This document shows, piece after piece, positions 37,236 to 49,974 of a stretch of DNA of 64,000 bases. Origin of the DNA: Octopus sinensis (lineage: Eukaryota). Position numbers and translations under genes: made by a program. Under the pieces are notes generated by a model. It was not told where the DNA came from and did not search any database. It was given only the letters and a program-made list of their open reading frames with translations. Location: positions 248,001 through 312,000 of the forward strand of contig NC_043013.1 of assembly GCF_006345805.1 (NCBI RefSeq). Reading direction: 5' to 3'. Positions within the stretch are counted from its first letter, which is position 1; every line of letters starts with the position of its first letter.

Positions 37236-39835
37236 GGTAAACAACACACAACATATGCAGGTCTCAACAATTGTTTTATTTATTCTCTTGGTGTTACCTG
37301 CCCAGTGGATCAGTTACAAATTGAATAGGGGGTAAGAAAAACTGACCTTGGGTGAAGGACAGCAAACTAGTAATATTGTTGCCGTGACAACCATTCAATT
37401 AATGGAGCTGAGTACAATTATTTTCAATTATTCTTTTTTTGTTTCTTTTTAAAGCACTGAGTAATTTCCAGATCCTGTTTAGCGGATATTGGCATATCAA
37501 ACTCACAAATCATCTTTTTTGACAAGAATAAAGAAGACACAAGCAACAAGGAAGAGCAAACATTTGCAGTATACACTTGGAAGTAAATGAACATTGTCGA
37601 ATTGAGGTAAAATAAAGGAGAGGTAGGTAAAAAGAACGGAAGGGGGGGGGAGTCTTCATTAAAAACTTACTTCTCTTCAGCTACTACTGATAGTTGAAGT
37701 GGTTTCATAGAGGTCAACTGATTAAAACTTAAATGTTTTGTCTATCCATTTATGCTATGTTGATGTTCTTAGACTGGATCAAACACAGCATGGAAACAGA
37801 AAAATAATTGCCAGAGAGCTTTGAGTAGCACATAACATCTTAGTTTGAAATGGGACTGTTTAAATTTTTAGTTTAAAGGTAATTAAAATTGAAGTTAAAT
37901 TATTTCTTTAAATCCAAATTTACATAAAAATTACTAAGTAATCTTTAAAATAATACAGAAAAAAAATTAACCCATCATATCCAGAAAAGAGGAAAAGAAA
38001 ATAGAAAAAGATTTTTACAATTATTAATTTTATTTTGTTTCTTGTTATAAAAAAAAAGGGGGGGGGGATCTAAGACACTTTAAATTTCTTGAAACACCTG
38101 TAATAGCATTATTATTATTATTATTTACTATCCCGAGAAGTTTTGATTTACTTTCATCACTATGCATTAAGTCCTAACATTGAGAAGGAACTTTTATTAC
38201 TGAACAAGTGTGTGTGTATGTGTGTGTGAAAAAAGAGGTGGAAGTAAAAAGATAGAAGTAATTTTAAGTTCTCAAAACCCTTAATAATACACCTAGCATT
38301 TTACTATCATAAAACTATATATGTACATACACACACACACACATGCATATGTACATACACACAAATATGCACTATATGTATATATATATATATAATATAT
38401 ATATATATACGCACACACATACACACAAACTTATGTGCAAACAGGCGTACACAAGCTCACACACACTTGTACACACATATACACACACATTTCTGCACGC
38501 ATGCCTGTGTGCATAGTGTGCTGTACATAAACTGGTTTGAGTTGGAAAACAAACAAAAACATTGTGATTTGTTGTCCCCTGGGGTTTTCATAAGCTTAAA
38601 CTCATTACAGTAAAATTATGAGGATTACAGGAGAGCAACTGAGTGGGTGGGTGGGTGGGAGCATTGGTTTGAGAAGACTTTTTACCATTGCAAAATAACT
38701 TTGCTATCTTATTAAAAGTTGTTAAGAGGGTATGGGAATGTGAAAACTTGAATGGTTTTATGAAACAGGTATGGAAGAGAAAAGAGGTGAAGAAAGAGAT
38801 GCATGAAAGGAAAAGAGAGGGCACAAAAGGGGAACCGACAGATAAGCAATCGGTCAAAACTGGCAACAGTCACAAAATTTCATAGATTATTGATAGCAGC
38901 AGCTTAAGATGAGATAAGCAGTCAGTCAGTGAGTGAGTGAGTGAGAAGAGCATCCATATTATTAAAGACAGCACATTATTATTATTATTATTATTATTAT
39001 CATAGTGGGCTTAAAGATTATTTTTCATTGCAGGAGGTGAAGAAGGGTCAGTTCTTTTGAATAGTTTTCCTTAGAATAGCAATAGTAAAAAGAAAAAATG
39101 AGATGGGGGGGAAATATGTAGGAAGCATGTATATATTTTTTTTAAATATATATTTTTTCAACTAGGGATCAACTGTAGCCAAGCAGCTTCACTTGTCTAT
39201 CATTGCTAACTATTATTTCTCCTGTTTATATATTATAAAGAGAGAGAGAGAGGAGAGGGGGGAGCAATTTTCTTAAATAGTTTGTTTTTTCTTTGGAGGA
39301 TTCCCCCCTCTTTTGGAAGGATGAGGGAAGGGGCATTTTATGCAATGTTTTATTGTTTTATTTTTTTTAGTTCACTAAGGTGTTTTCTTTTGTATTTTTG
39401 CTTTGTTGTAGTTGTTATCAATGATAATTTTCAAGCCCTCCTTAAGAATGAATGTTTTACTTTTTTTCCTCCTTTTTTCTTCTTCCGGATAAATTTGGAC
39501 CCCCACCCAGCCACACACCAGTAAAAATGTCTGCCTCTATTTTCCGATAAGGATTTGAAGAGGAAAAAAAATATATAAGTTGTGTTCAACGAAGGACTTT
39601 CCGCCAACTGTTTTACTTTCTCAGTGGTTTAAATTGAACTCAGTCTATGTAAATCCAGGAATAAATGGTCATCGCCAGCCTCATCAGATCTCCAGCTGTT
39701 GATGTAGTAGTAGTAGTATTACTATGTGAGCAACAACCTGCAATAGGTCGTAGTAGCCAGCCGAGCCAGTCGCCTCTTCCCAGCTGTAGCCATGACAGCA
39801 CTAGACGACTCCTCACGCACGCTCCACATTCATAC

Positions 39836-39936
39836 TTATGTCTGTGCAGCATTAGCAGAACTGTTCTGGATAGGAGATATATTAGAAGATACAACAGGAG
39901 AGCTTGGCATACCAGCTGTATTATTGACTCCTGATC
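39836..39936 (-). CDS. CSNK2A1: Casein kinase II alpha, last coding exon
   Basis: ttttctcctag|GA TCA GGA GTC...; (G)SGVNNTAGMPSSPVVSSNISPIQNSSANAAQT then TAA at 39838-39836; phase 1 matches the upstream exon. Confidence 0.75.
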
Positions 39937-40494
39937 CTAGGAGAAAAGAAAAAAAACAGGAATTAGAAATGGTTTTAGGTTTAAGGCACAAAGTCAATAT
40001 TTGATGAGAGTAGGGGGATGTCACCAACTGGGGTAATTCTAGTACATTGGCTCAGTATATTGTAAACATCCTCGGATAAAGAAAATAATACTGTAATTTA
40101 TTTCACCTGTCAATTAGTGCATTTGTACCAATTCTTTATAATCTGAGTTAAAACCTTACCAAGGTCAACTTTGCCTGTCATTGAACTAAGGCCAATAAAA
40201 AAACAGTAAAATACCAAGGCTGATGTATTCAACTTTTTCCCTCCTATGTTGGACAATTCCTGAAACTGATGCTCAGAGTTCATGATGCTGTATTTGGTCA
40301 AACATGTCAGTCTCTGAACAATAAAGGTCATTCATACTATTTGTCTACCCCCCACCCACCCACCACAGGATAAATCATTCATTTGCTGCTCCAATTACTG
40401 CAATGGCTTAAAACTTTTCAATTAGTTTGTTCTTGATTCGTTTCTTTTAAAAAGGAATTCTTCCTCCTCCCGTCATATTTTCCCTGTTTCTATC

Positions 40495-40720
40495 CCATCA
40501 TCGTTTAATGTCCATTTTCCATGCTGGCATAGGCTGGACAGATTGACTGGGTTCTGGGCAGCCAGGAGGCTGCACTAGGCCCCAATCTAATCTGGCAGTG
40601 TTTCTACAGCTGGATGCCCTTCCTAATGCCAACCACTTCAAGAGTGTAGTGGGTGCTTTTTACATGCCACCGGCACGGGGGCCAGAGGAGCTGGCATTGA
40701 CCATGATCGGAAGCCAGGCA
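40495..40720 (-). mobile_element. RTE 3'-UTR fragment
   Basis: catcatcgtttaatgtccattttccatgctggcat...cagctggatgcccttcctaatgccaaccac, close to 62829-63030. Confidence 0.7.
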
Positions 40721-41054
40721 TGTAAAAGGCATCATCCAATTGTCTTCATTAATATTCCCTGCCTACCATCACTTCAACCAATTCAATTCAAGACGGCCCT
40801 CAACTGAAGCTATGACCGATGAGACCATTAACACATGGCCCAAAGTAAAGGGTGTGTACCAAAAGAGTGGACTAACACATTTCACACTGGTTTATTTCAG
40901 TGAGCACATTTCAAGATATTATTGTCTGGATCTGGATCAGCCACATACAAGTAAACAGACTCATGATTGAAAGCCATTCCAGCCATAGCCACACCATCCC
41001 TTCTCCCAGAGTTGTGGACTCTGGCTAACATTACCCAATTTGTTTTTTTGTTAA

Positions 41055-41279
41055 CAAGGGTTCTCAACCAGGGTCCAATACAAGATTTTGTTAAAATTTA
41101 TTTGCAATAAATTGGTTGTGCTTTTACAATACACAGAATATTTCAACAAATCTTTTATACAATTCCTAATAAGATTAAAATTTTATAAAAATATGAGATT
41201 TTTTTTAAAACATCAAATAATTGAGTGTCCAGTAGAGGAAAACAGGTATCAAAGTGGGTCGTTGGGTCAGAACCACTGA
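41055..41279. mobile_element. Possible hAT-type MITE
   Basis: Termini caagggttctc...cagaaccactg; no clear 8-bp TSD. Confidence 0.35.
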
Positions 41280-41613
41280 TTTACAATATTTACAATATCT
41301 TTAGCAAGTGGAACAACCAGAGAGGTGTGCAGGAGCTGTTAAGAAATACTTCTCAAAGATGAATACCTGTCTAGTACAATTTTACTGAAACACCCATGAA
41401 ATATACACTAACCCATTTCTTAGGGATGAACATTATACACACTACTTTTATGGTACCACAATGAACTATTAAGTCTTGTCTCTTTATTGAGTATAAAAGA
41501 TACCAGAGTTAAAAGAGTAAAATTTAATGATGAGCAGTGGGTGAGTTGCTGGCAGTGCAACAACTCACCAACTGCTAGCGAGAGGAGGATAACATTTTTG
41601 ACTAATGTGTACC

Positions 41614-41757
41614 AATTATTTACATTTGATGGACATTTGTCCTCATCTTGTTTGTTGTTAACACATTTCAGCTGATATACCCTCCAGCTTTCATCAGGTG
41701 TCCTAGGGGGAAATATCAAACGCGAGTTCTCATTTCAAGGTATTTTTCAATATTATC

Positions 41758-41788
<31 letters not shown>

Positions 41789-42019
41789 TCACTGCCTGGA
41801 ATCGAACTCGGAACCTTGGGGTTAGTAGCCCGTGCTCTTAACCCCTATTAAAAATACATTAGGAATGTGAACCCCGGTTCGAAATTTCCCCAAGACACCC
41901 GATGAAGGCTGGAGGATATATCAGCCGAAATGTTGTGTTAACAACAAACAAGATGAAGACAAATACCTGTCAAATGCAAATAATGTAGATAATTCCTCAT
42001 CTCTTAAATATAGAACTGT
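41614..42019 (-). mobile_element. tRNA-headed, hammerhead-bearing SINE-like element, locus 2 (minus copy plus inverted plus copy)
   Basis: Minus copy 41614-41844 (ribozyme 41660-41702); plus 5'-truncated copy 41848-42019 (ribozyme 41894-41939); candidate TSD tgtac(a)caattat at 41608 and 42017. Confidence 0.85.
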
Positions 42020-42218
42020 ACACAATTATAGATTATGCAATAGTAATCTTGTTTTAACTAGACATTCCTATGTGAATTAAGGATGGAAGTATTCAAACAA
42101 ACAATTTCAACTTGATGTTTCTCAAAGCAGAGTGAGTGTTAGGTCTTTCAATCATAGAACTAAATGCATCTTCTAAGGATCAAACATTTCAAGGGTCAAG
42201 CAAGAAGTTTATAGTTAC

Positions 42219-42305
42219 CTCCTATTTGTGATGAGTTATTGATAGGCGTAGGAGATGTATGACCAGACATTGAGGACGTCCTCCCCTGTTCTTTAACAAT
42301 GGGAT
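42219..42305 (-). CDS. CSNK2A1: Casein kinase II alpha exon (start of C-terminal tail)
   Basis: ttttcacag|AT CCC; (Y)PIVKEQGRTSSMSGHTSPTPINNSSQIG; G|gtaact; 87 nt, phase 1 to 1. Confidence 0.9.
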
Positions 42306-42834
42306 CTGTGAAAAGAAGTTTGTTGAAAATTAAAAGAGAAACAGCACATTTAAAAAACAATTCATTAGTTGGTTTCTCATTCACAGAGACCTAAAAATAC
42401 ACCGTGATACAAACAATGTGAGGTAGAGGTACTTTTGGAAGCAAACTTGCTGTCACTATATCTCAATGTACTCAAACACACATTCAAACCACTTCAATAT
42501 ATATGTCTTGTCTCCACAGCATTTCATTGATATACAACCAATTAAATGAAGTGATTCAAATACAACTTGTGATGATGTAAAACAGCCAATAAAAGTTTTA
42601 TTAACACCCAGAATCAAATAACATATGAACTATTTATGACAAACTGTTCCTCGTAGCTCAATGTTCACATTGGAAATAACTGATAAGTACCAGCAAAAAT
42701 CAGTTATTATTTGATATGGTGGAGGTTGTCATTTTTAAAAACTTACATAGTTCCCACCCCCATGCATATATGAACTGAACAAGTCTTCTACAGCACAGCA
42801 ACTCACTACATGTAGCAATTGCTTATCACCATTC

Positions 42835-42965
42835 AGTTGTTCATGCTGGCATGGGTTGGACAGTTTCACCAGAGCTGGCAAGCTGGGGAGCCGCACCCAG
42901 GCTCCAGTTGTCTGACTCCACAAGATTTCTATGGCTAGATGCTCTTCCTAATACCAACCACTTGT
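42835..42965 (-). mobile_element. RTE 3'-UTR fragment
   Basis: catgctggcatgggttggacag...ggctagatgctcttcctaataccaacc. Confidence 0.55.
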
Positions 42966-43188
42966 TTGTTTGTTTTCCAGCACAGGCCTCTTGTAGACCA
43001 ATCCTCTTCACCAGGAGGATTGATCTTCACACTTCTATTGTGGAGTACGGGTCTTCTTGGAGTATCTCCTCCCTAAGTTTAAGTATCCCGACACCAGCCC
43101 TACCCACTTCTTTCACTATCTTCCTCTTCTGCAAAATCAGTCAACTCCTGTTGCCAAACATTTCTTTACCCAACTCTCCCTACTCGAG

Positions 43189-43219
<31 letters not shown>

Positions 43220-43281
43220 TTACTCACAACAGTCAATTCCTCCTTACCTAATCTTTTCTCTTACTCATTTTGCTTTGTCAA

Positions 43282-43320
<39 letters not shown>

Positions 43321-43559
43321 TACACACATTACCATACACATCCAGTGGTACATATTCACTTCATTTCTTTCTAAATTTTAAGCATCATCTGCACTCACTG
43401 CTCATGTTTCACTATCATGCAATACAGTATTCCATAGACAAACCTCATGCAATCTGCACTTTGCTTGCAAAGATCTTTCTCCACCTCATTCTTACTCTGG
43501 TTAGTATGCTTTAAAAACACCTACCTCCATAGCACATTAGGTCACTTAGCTAATGGAAG

Positions 43560-44560
43560 CAGTTGATTACTTCAGGGAATCTTCTGGACAGTTGAAGAAT
43601 TCATTGCATGGATGCTGTTAATGCTAATATCTATGCATTTGCTACTTCTGTCAGATGTCTATGATCCCACTGCATCTCTAGCACAGACACACATACTTGG
43701 TTTACATTCAAAGTTTCATTCTAAAACCTCTTAATTCTAGGCATTGCTTATATGTTTGGACCTCTACTTTAATTCTCTGACTGCTTCCACTATGACAACT
43801 GCTGAGACCCGAGAGGACGAAGAACCAAGCCCTAAGGGACACTTACCCACATGGTAAACCCATTACCAAATTTATTGCCAACAGCAATCCCTGAACATGA
43901 TTTTCACAAATCATTCATCTACATTCAATTTTCTTAGCAACCATAAGACTACAGAGCATGGAACCTTGTGAAAGGACTTCTCCAGGTCAGCAAATGCCAC
44001 ATACAGTAGTTTATTCTAAACTAGGAACTTCTCCTGTAGTGGTCTCACTAAGGCAGCAGCACTAGCAAGGCTTCACCCTGGAACAAACCTGAAATGCATC
44101 TTGCCTAAGATCTTCCTAATCCACTTTCAGTAACTTATTCAACTTGATGACTCTCCACTTTCCAGTTGCATCTTTCTAGAGAATCTTCTTTACCTTTGTA
44201 ATAATCGACAAAGGCATTATTACTATGCTAGTTACAATGGACGACACTTCCTACTACCTGACTGAAACGAGCAGGTCTTTCAACCAGTACTTTTGGTATC
44301 ACAGCAACTATTCCTGTTCGTTTAATTGTTTTCCCTGCCCCCATAGTCTTTTGACTCTCCCAACAGTATAGCTGTCAGCTTAGTTGAGTCCTGAGCTGTG
44401 TCTATTTGAATTACTCTTGTCTCTTACACATTCCCCTCATTCAGTAAGCTTTTGTGATCACATTCCACACCTCTCACATCTCTGCATCAAAATAAGACAA
44501 ATGTCCCACCATCATTGCATGCTACATTTGCTGTCTAGATTGACAGTGACACACTGCTCA
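43560..44560 (-). mobile_element. Decayed RTE reverse-transcriptase fragment
   Basis: Minus frame LQEKFL..KLLYVAFADLEKSFHKVP..VLWLLRKLNVDE, matching RTE RT DLEKAFDRVP..IWW.LRKLGVDEW; many stops. Confidence 0.7.
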
Positions 44561-44634
44561 GCAAGCCAGAAAACACCACATCTTTGATCCTTGTGTTGCA
44601 GAACATAGGCAAATGTCTTATTTTCACATAATAT

Positions 44635-44755
44635 ATATTTGTCCCTATCTTGTTTGTTGTTAACACAACATTTTGGCTGATACACTCTCCAGCCTTCATC
44701 AGGTGTCTTGGGGAAATTTCGAACCTAGGTTCTCATTCCTAAAGTATTTTTTTGA

Positions 44756-44786
<31 letters not shown>

Positions 44787-44953
44787 GTCACTGCCTGGAA
44801 TTGAACTCGGAATCTTGGGGTTAGTAACCAGCACTCTTAACCACTACACCATATGCCCAGAGGGTATATCAGCCAAAACACTGTTAACAACAAACAAGAT
44901 GAGGACAAATATCCGTCTAATGTAAATAATATACAGAATTCTTCATAGAACTG
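44635..44953 (-). mobile_element. tRNA-headed, hammerhead-bearing SINE-like element, locus 3 (full minus copy plus inverted plus fragment)
   Basis: Minus copy 44635-44858 (ribozyme 44662-44707); plus fragment 44859-44953 starting in the stem II loop; candidate TSD cttattttca at 44617-44626 and 44955-44964. Confidence 0.85.
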
Positions 44954-45390
44954 CCTTATTTTCAGTTTCTCAACTTTGTAAGTACACTTGACAGCAAGCT
45001 TCTCTTCTAGCGATCTGACATTGTTCTTCACACATCTTTCTTCCATACCCTCAATTCCAGTGTCTTTGATTTAAGGTTCTGTCTATGGTCCCATTCTAAG
45101 CAACTGTGCTTTGCAACAGACATCTCAGAAACTCACAGACATATTCTTTAAGGATCTTTTTCCTTATAATATACATCACTCAATGTTTCTTTTAAGTTAC
45201 ATACGACCAAGGAATCTTTCAGTTTCTACAATTTCAGTCTTGCATCTGCTTCAAATGTCTCTTTAACAACAAAGCCAATAATTCATCTTCTAATTGCAGC
45301 TTTGGTGTCATTAATCAATTGCAAATGTTGAGTGTTGTAGCAAAACTAAATACATTTAAATACTACACATTTTCCAACCTATATGTGTTA

Positions 45391-45633
<243 letters not shown>

Positions 45634-48600
45634 CTATCAGAGAGTTGAATTGTATAAAAATAATGAAAATACATCTAAAAAGTATTCTTATGTAAAAAAA
45701 AAAATCTACCCCACTTCAAAATTTTATCAAAGCAAAATTCTTCAAAATAAGGTTTTGGAACCTCAAACCTTATCATGGACCTAGTAATATTTGACTGGCA
45801 AGAAAACCAGTCAACGACTAAGATCTAATTACACCAGGTGCTCGTTTTTTAATAGACTGAATTTGACCAACCATATAGATGATCTACAGTTGCAGAGTTA
45901 GAACACAAACGATTATAGCTCCCCATCCCAATATAGACACTGGAGGATCAAATATCTGAAGAGAAAAAAAAACTCATTAAAAACAAAGTAACACTCTCTG
46001 TTTACTTTCAAACAGTTACTGCCAATATCACCTTCATTACTTCATTATTAAAGACATGCCTAGATTGATTTATAGCAAACATTTTTTTATTTAACTGTCA
46101 TCATTTTTCAGTGAACAAATTACTCTCAAAAATATACTCAAAGTTTACATGTCCCAAACATTCCATCCTATAACTAAACTAAATCGACAGCATCAATCTC
46201 CCAGCAACAATTCCACTTTTCTTGGAAAGATGTTAAAATTATGGAATAATAATGGTCTGGAAATAAAATAATTTTACAAAAATAAAAAGTTTAAGTGTAA
46301 TGTATGATAAAGAATTAAATATTCAAATTATTGAAGCTACAGTTGATTTACTTAAGACATCTTGGTTTACTCAAAACTAAACATTATGATCCATTTAAGG
46401 CAACTTGTTAATAACATTGAAATTAAAAAATCTGGTGCAAAGATACAAAATAACTACCAGTTTTTCCCCCCACCCCACCCCAAACAAAAACCACAAAGCA
46501 AAGAAAGCTACAAATGAAGAGTGGAAAACTTTCAAGCAACACAGTGTGTGTGTGTGTGTGTAAGGTCCCTTATTAAAACTTGTTTCCCATGATATGCCAA
46601 TCAATACAGGTGTAAATTTTTGGAACAAAATGTGATTTTTCATTTCTTCCTTTTATTTACTTTTATTTTTTTTTATTTTTTCAAATTTCATTTTCCATGT
46701 TTTCAGGTAAAACTTTGTTTTGATCTGTCCAATTTCAAATCATCTTCAGGGTGTGCCCCGCCCCACCCACTCTTCAATAAATACATTTCCTTTAGAAAGT
46801 ACTTAAAGGGTGATTGGAGATTGAACGGATGAAAACTAAAGATTAGGTCAATATTTAAGAAAATTTCCATTATGTCAATTTAGTACTGATAATTAGGTAT
46901 AGTAATTACATAGCTAACATTGTTTTTAAAGCATTTAAAAATTGAAATTTAAGGAAGGGGGGGAAAAAAAACTAACAGGCATCCACAGGGCCATCCCATG
47001 ATGTAAGCAGCTAATTTTTATTCGGCCCAAGCAGGATTACAAAGGCTGCAGTATGAAGAGATGTGGGAAACACACCTTTTAGTAACAAGGTTTGAAGCTT
47101 TTCTTAGACAATAGCTTTAATTTCAAATATGATCATCAAAAACCGGTTGAATGAATGCTGAGCTGGTTATGAAAAAGAGGATTGCTACTCTTAAGTAAAA
47201 TGAGAATTACAAAAACCAAACAAAATTCTGAAACCAAAATTCAATGTAATGATAGCAAGAAATAGATAATTACAGATACCCGGATAAATGAAAAATAAAA
47301 TCCATTATATAATAACCTTACTTGGAAAAAGTGGGAGTTATTTTATATATATATAAAAAAAAATAATAATAATTAAAAGAAAACTGCATGCCAGTACAGT
47401 TCAGCTCTATATTGTAGAAGAGAAAATACCAGTCACCGTAAACTTCCCAACAAAATATACAAAATATGTCAAATTTCATATTTGCTATAATAATCTGGAG
47501 AGTACAATATTTTCTCTAATGATGATCACAATTATGCAAAGACACTTTTCACAAGAACAAGAGAGTGAAGCTAATTATTGCCAGTAAACGGGTTTGAATG
47601 CTCAAATTAACTCAGTAATCTACAAGACTAATTTCCATGTCTCAGCTAACAATTAGAAGAGAAAAGGAGATTTTGATCCAAACTAGATTTGCTTTACAAC
47701 CAAATAAGTTTCAAAGATGAAAAATATCAAAATGAACAAATCAGTAAACTTATAAACAATAAGACCAACCAAGGAAACATTCTCTTAAAGTCTAAATATA
47801 TAACATATACAAGTTAGATAGGTTTACTCAGCCATATCTACAACATTCAAAACGTACATTGTAACTGACTAGCTTTCTAAAATATTTGAGCTAATTGCAA
47901 CAGAACATTTTACTAATCCAATTATATCTAGAAATAGCTAACAGTGTTATCAAGAATTTAGCCACTTCAAAAGCTCGAAATTAATGAAGGGGATACAATC
48001 AGGTTTTTTCTTGAAGCTTTACAATTCCATAAAGCACTCAACTTCACAAGCAACAAAAAGAGAAAACAACAACATTAAAACCATCTGTGCTTATAAACAG
48101 CCGTGTTCAAATTCCATTGAGGTATATTCCATACACTATTTTCACCTTATGAGAAAGTAATAAAAGTAATTGCTCAAATTGGTCACCAAAGATAATCAAG
48201 TTTCTTAAAACAACTGTATTAAAAGAGAGACAAATGTTAAAGAAGTCTTTCTTGTGGAATGTAACAAGCACACAGTTTGATTAGCCATCATATTACAAGT
48301 AATAAAATTCATTCAGATTAAGAAATTATGTGGCTCGTATTTAGCTAAATCAATTGAAAAATTGGATCATGATATAGCTTTTCATTTTCTTTAACAGGTT
48401 GGTAGAAAGTCAACATAAGAAATGAAGAAATAAAAACTGCATATAAAGCCATGCAACTGCATCATAGCAATATATCCTTAGGGCAAAAATGATGAGGAAA
48501 CAGGAGTAAAATCAAGGACCAAATAAGAATCTGTGCAAAATGTTGACAGCTGTTAGATGGAATTTGTACAAGAGATTACAATTAAAAGCAAGAAAAATTA

Positions 48601-49974
48601 ATTGACTACAAACATTCAAGAACACTGAAGCATTGACATTAACAAAGATATTTTTAAATATGCAGGTCTTGAAAAGAAAGGGCCAAGTGCAGATGTGAAA
48701 AGTATTAAAGATTAACAAAAATGAATAAATAAATAAAATTTATGGAATCATTTCTTTAACATTCCTAATTCAAAAACAATTTTTGTTCCAGCAAGGAATG
48801 AATAAAAAATTTCATGCTGGACACTACCAATTAAAGATTTAAAGTGATTTTTAATGTCTGTTAGTTCTTATTCTTGCTAAATAGCAGAAAGATATCTCAA
48901 TGGAAATTTCTAAACCTTTGAGAAAACATTATCACTATTGAGCTACAAAAACTTCCGAGTTCTAACCTAAAATGCTTTTGAAACAAAAACTGGATAAATT
49001 ATCCAACCAGACAAAATGATGGGCTTCTCTTTCTCTCTCATTTTTTATAAAAAATATCTGCACAAAAACAGACAAACAACTGTTAAGTGAAATCACAAAA
49101 TTGCTTGTATTCCACTCTGTAGAATATGTAGGGTGTTAGATTTATAAAGCTAATGGCGACAAAATGCAAATTACTAAAATGATTTTCCACGATTACACTA
49201 ATTTTAACCAATGACATCTTCAGCAGAAATGACAGACTGTTTTCAAGGATTGAGAGTTTTGTGCCAATACACAAGTGTCTTGGCCCCTGAGTCACACGAA
49301 ATTTTGCTGATTATTAATAAACACACACTAAATATTTTATGAAACCTTGTCAGCAATAATTCATTATGAACTAGACATTTTGCTTGATGCACTTATATCA
49401 GTGATATAGTAAAAAAAAAACTTCACAACAACCCCATCAAATTTATTTTTCTAAAAGTTATGGAGGGAGAGAGAGAGATGGAAGGAGGGCATATTATTCC
49501 ACAAAGAGAATGACTTAAAAACTGAAATTAATTGTCTGACTATTCCAAGTCTATAAAACTAAATTACTAAATGGGAGGGGAGAGACAATGAGAATACTTA
49601 GCATAATTTCTATGTTTTGTATTAAAAAATAAAATGGATACAACTCAATAGAAAAGACAAGTGTTAGGCCCACTTATCCATTCACACAATTTCAAAATTG
49701 GAATCTAGATACAACTAGATCAAGGCACAACTGATTAAGACAGTAAATAACATTCCCCTCATTTCCATTTGCAAACTGATTTTGATTTCCATTTGCAAAC
49801 TAAATTCCTTTTACCCTTAACACTTCTGGGAAAAGTAATAACATCTTCCTTCATGTTTATAGGAAACAACTGAAAAGCCCATGGTAACCGTGGATGAAGC
49901 ACCGAGCTATTGGTCTCAGTCATTAGTTGAAATCGACCCCACCCCACCCCACGTGTGTACGGGGTGGGGGGGAA

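Noticed and set aside
428-38885. Many ORF-track entries rich in YIYI, HTHT, VCVC or ERER
   Set aside because: They are translations of TA, CA, GT and GA microsatellites, with no domain content or splice support.
39640-39690. C/D-box-like TGATGA...CTGA on - in the CK2-alpha 3' UTR
   Set aside because: The boxes are too close, there is no terminal stem, and the site is exonic.
39665-40004. Plus-strand ORFs of 89 and 70 aa
   Set aside because: Antisense shadows of the GC-rich last CK2-alpha exon and UTR.
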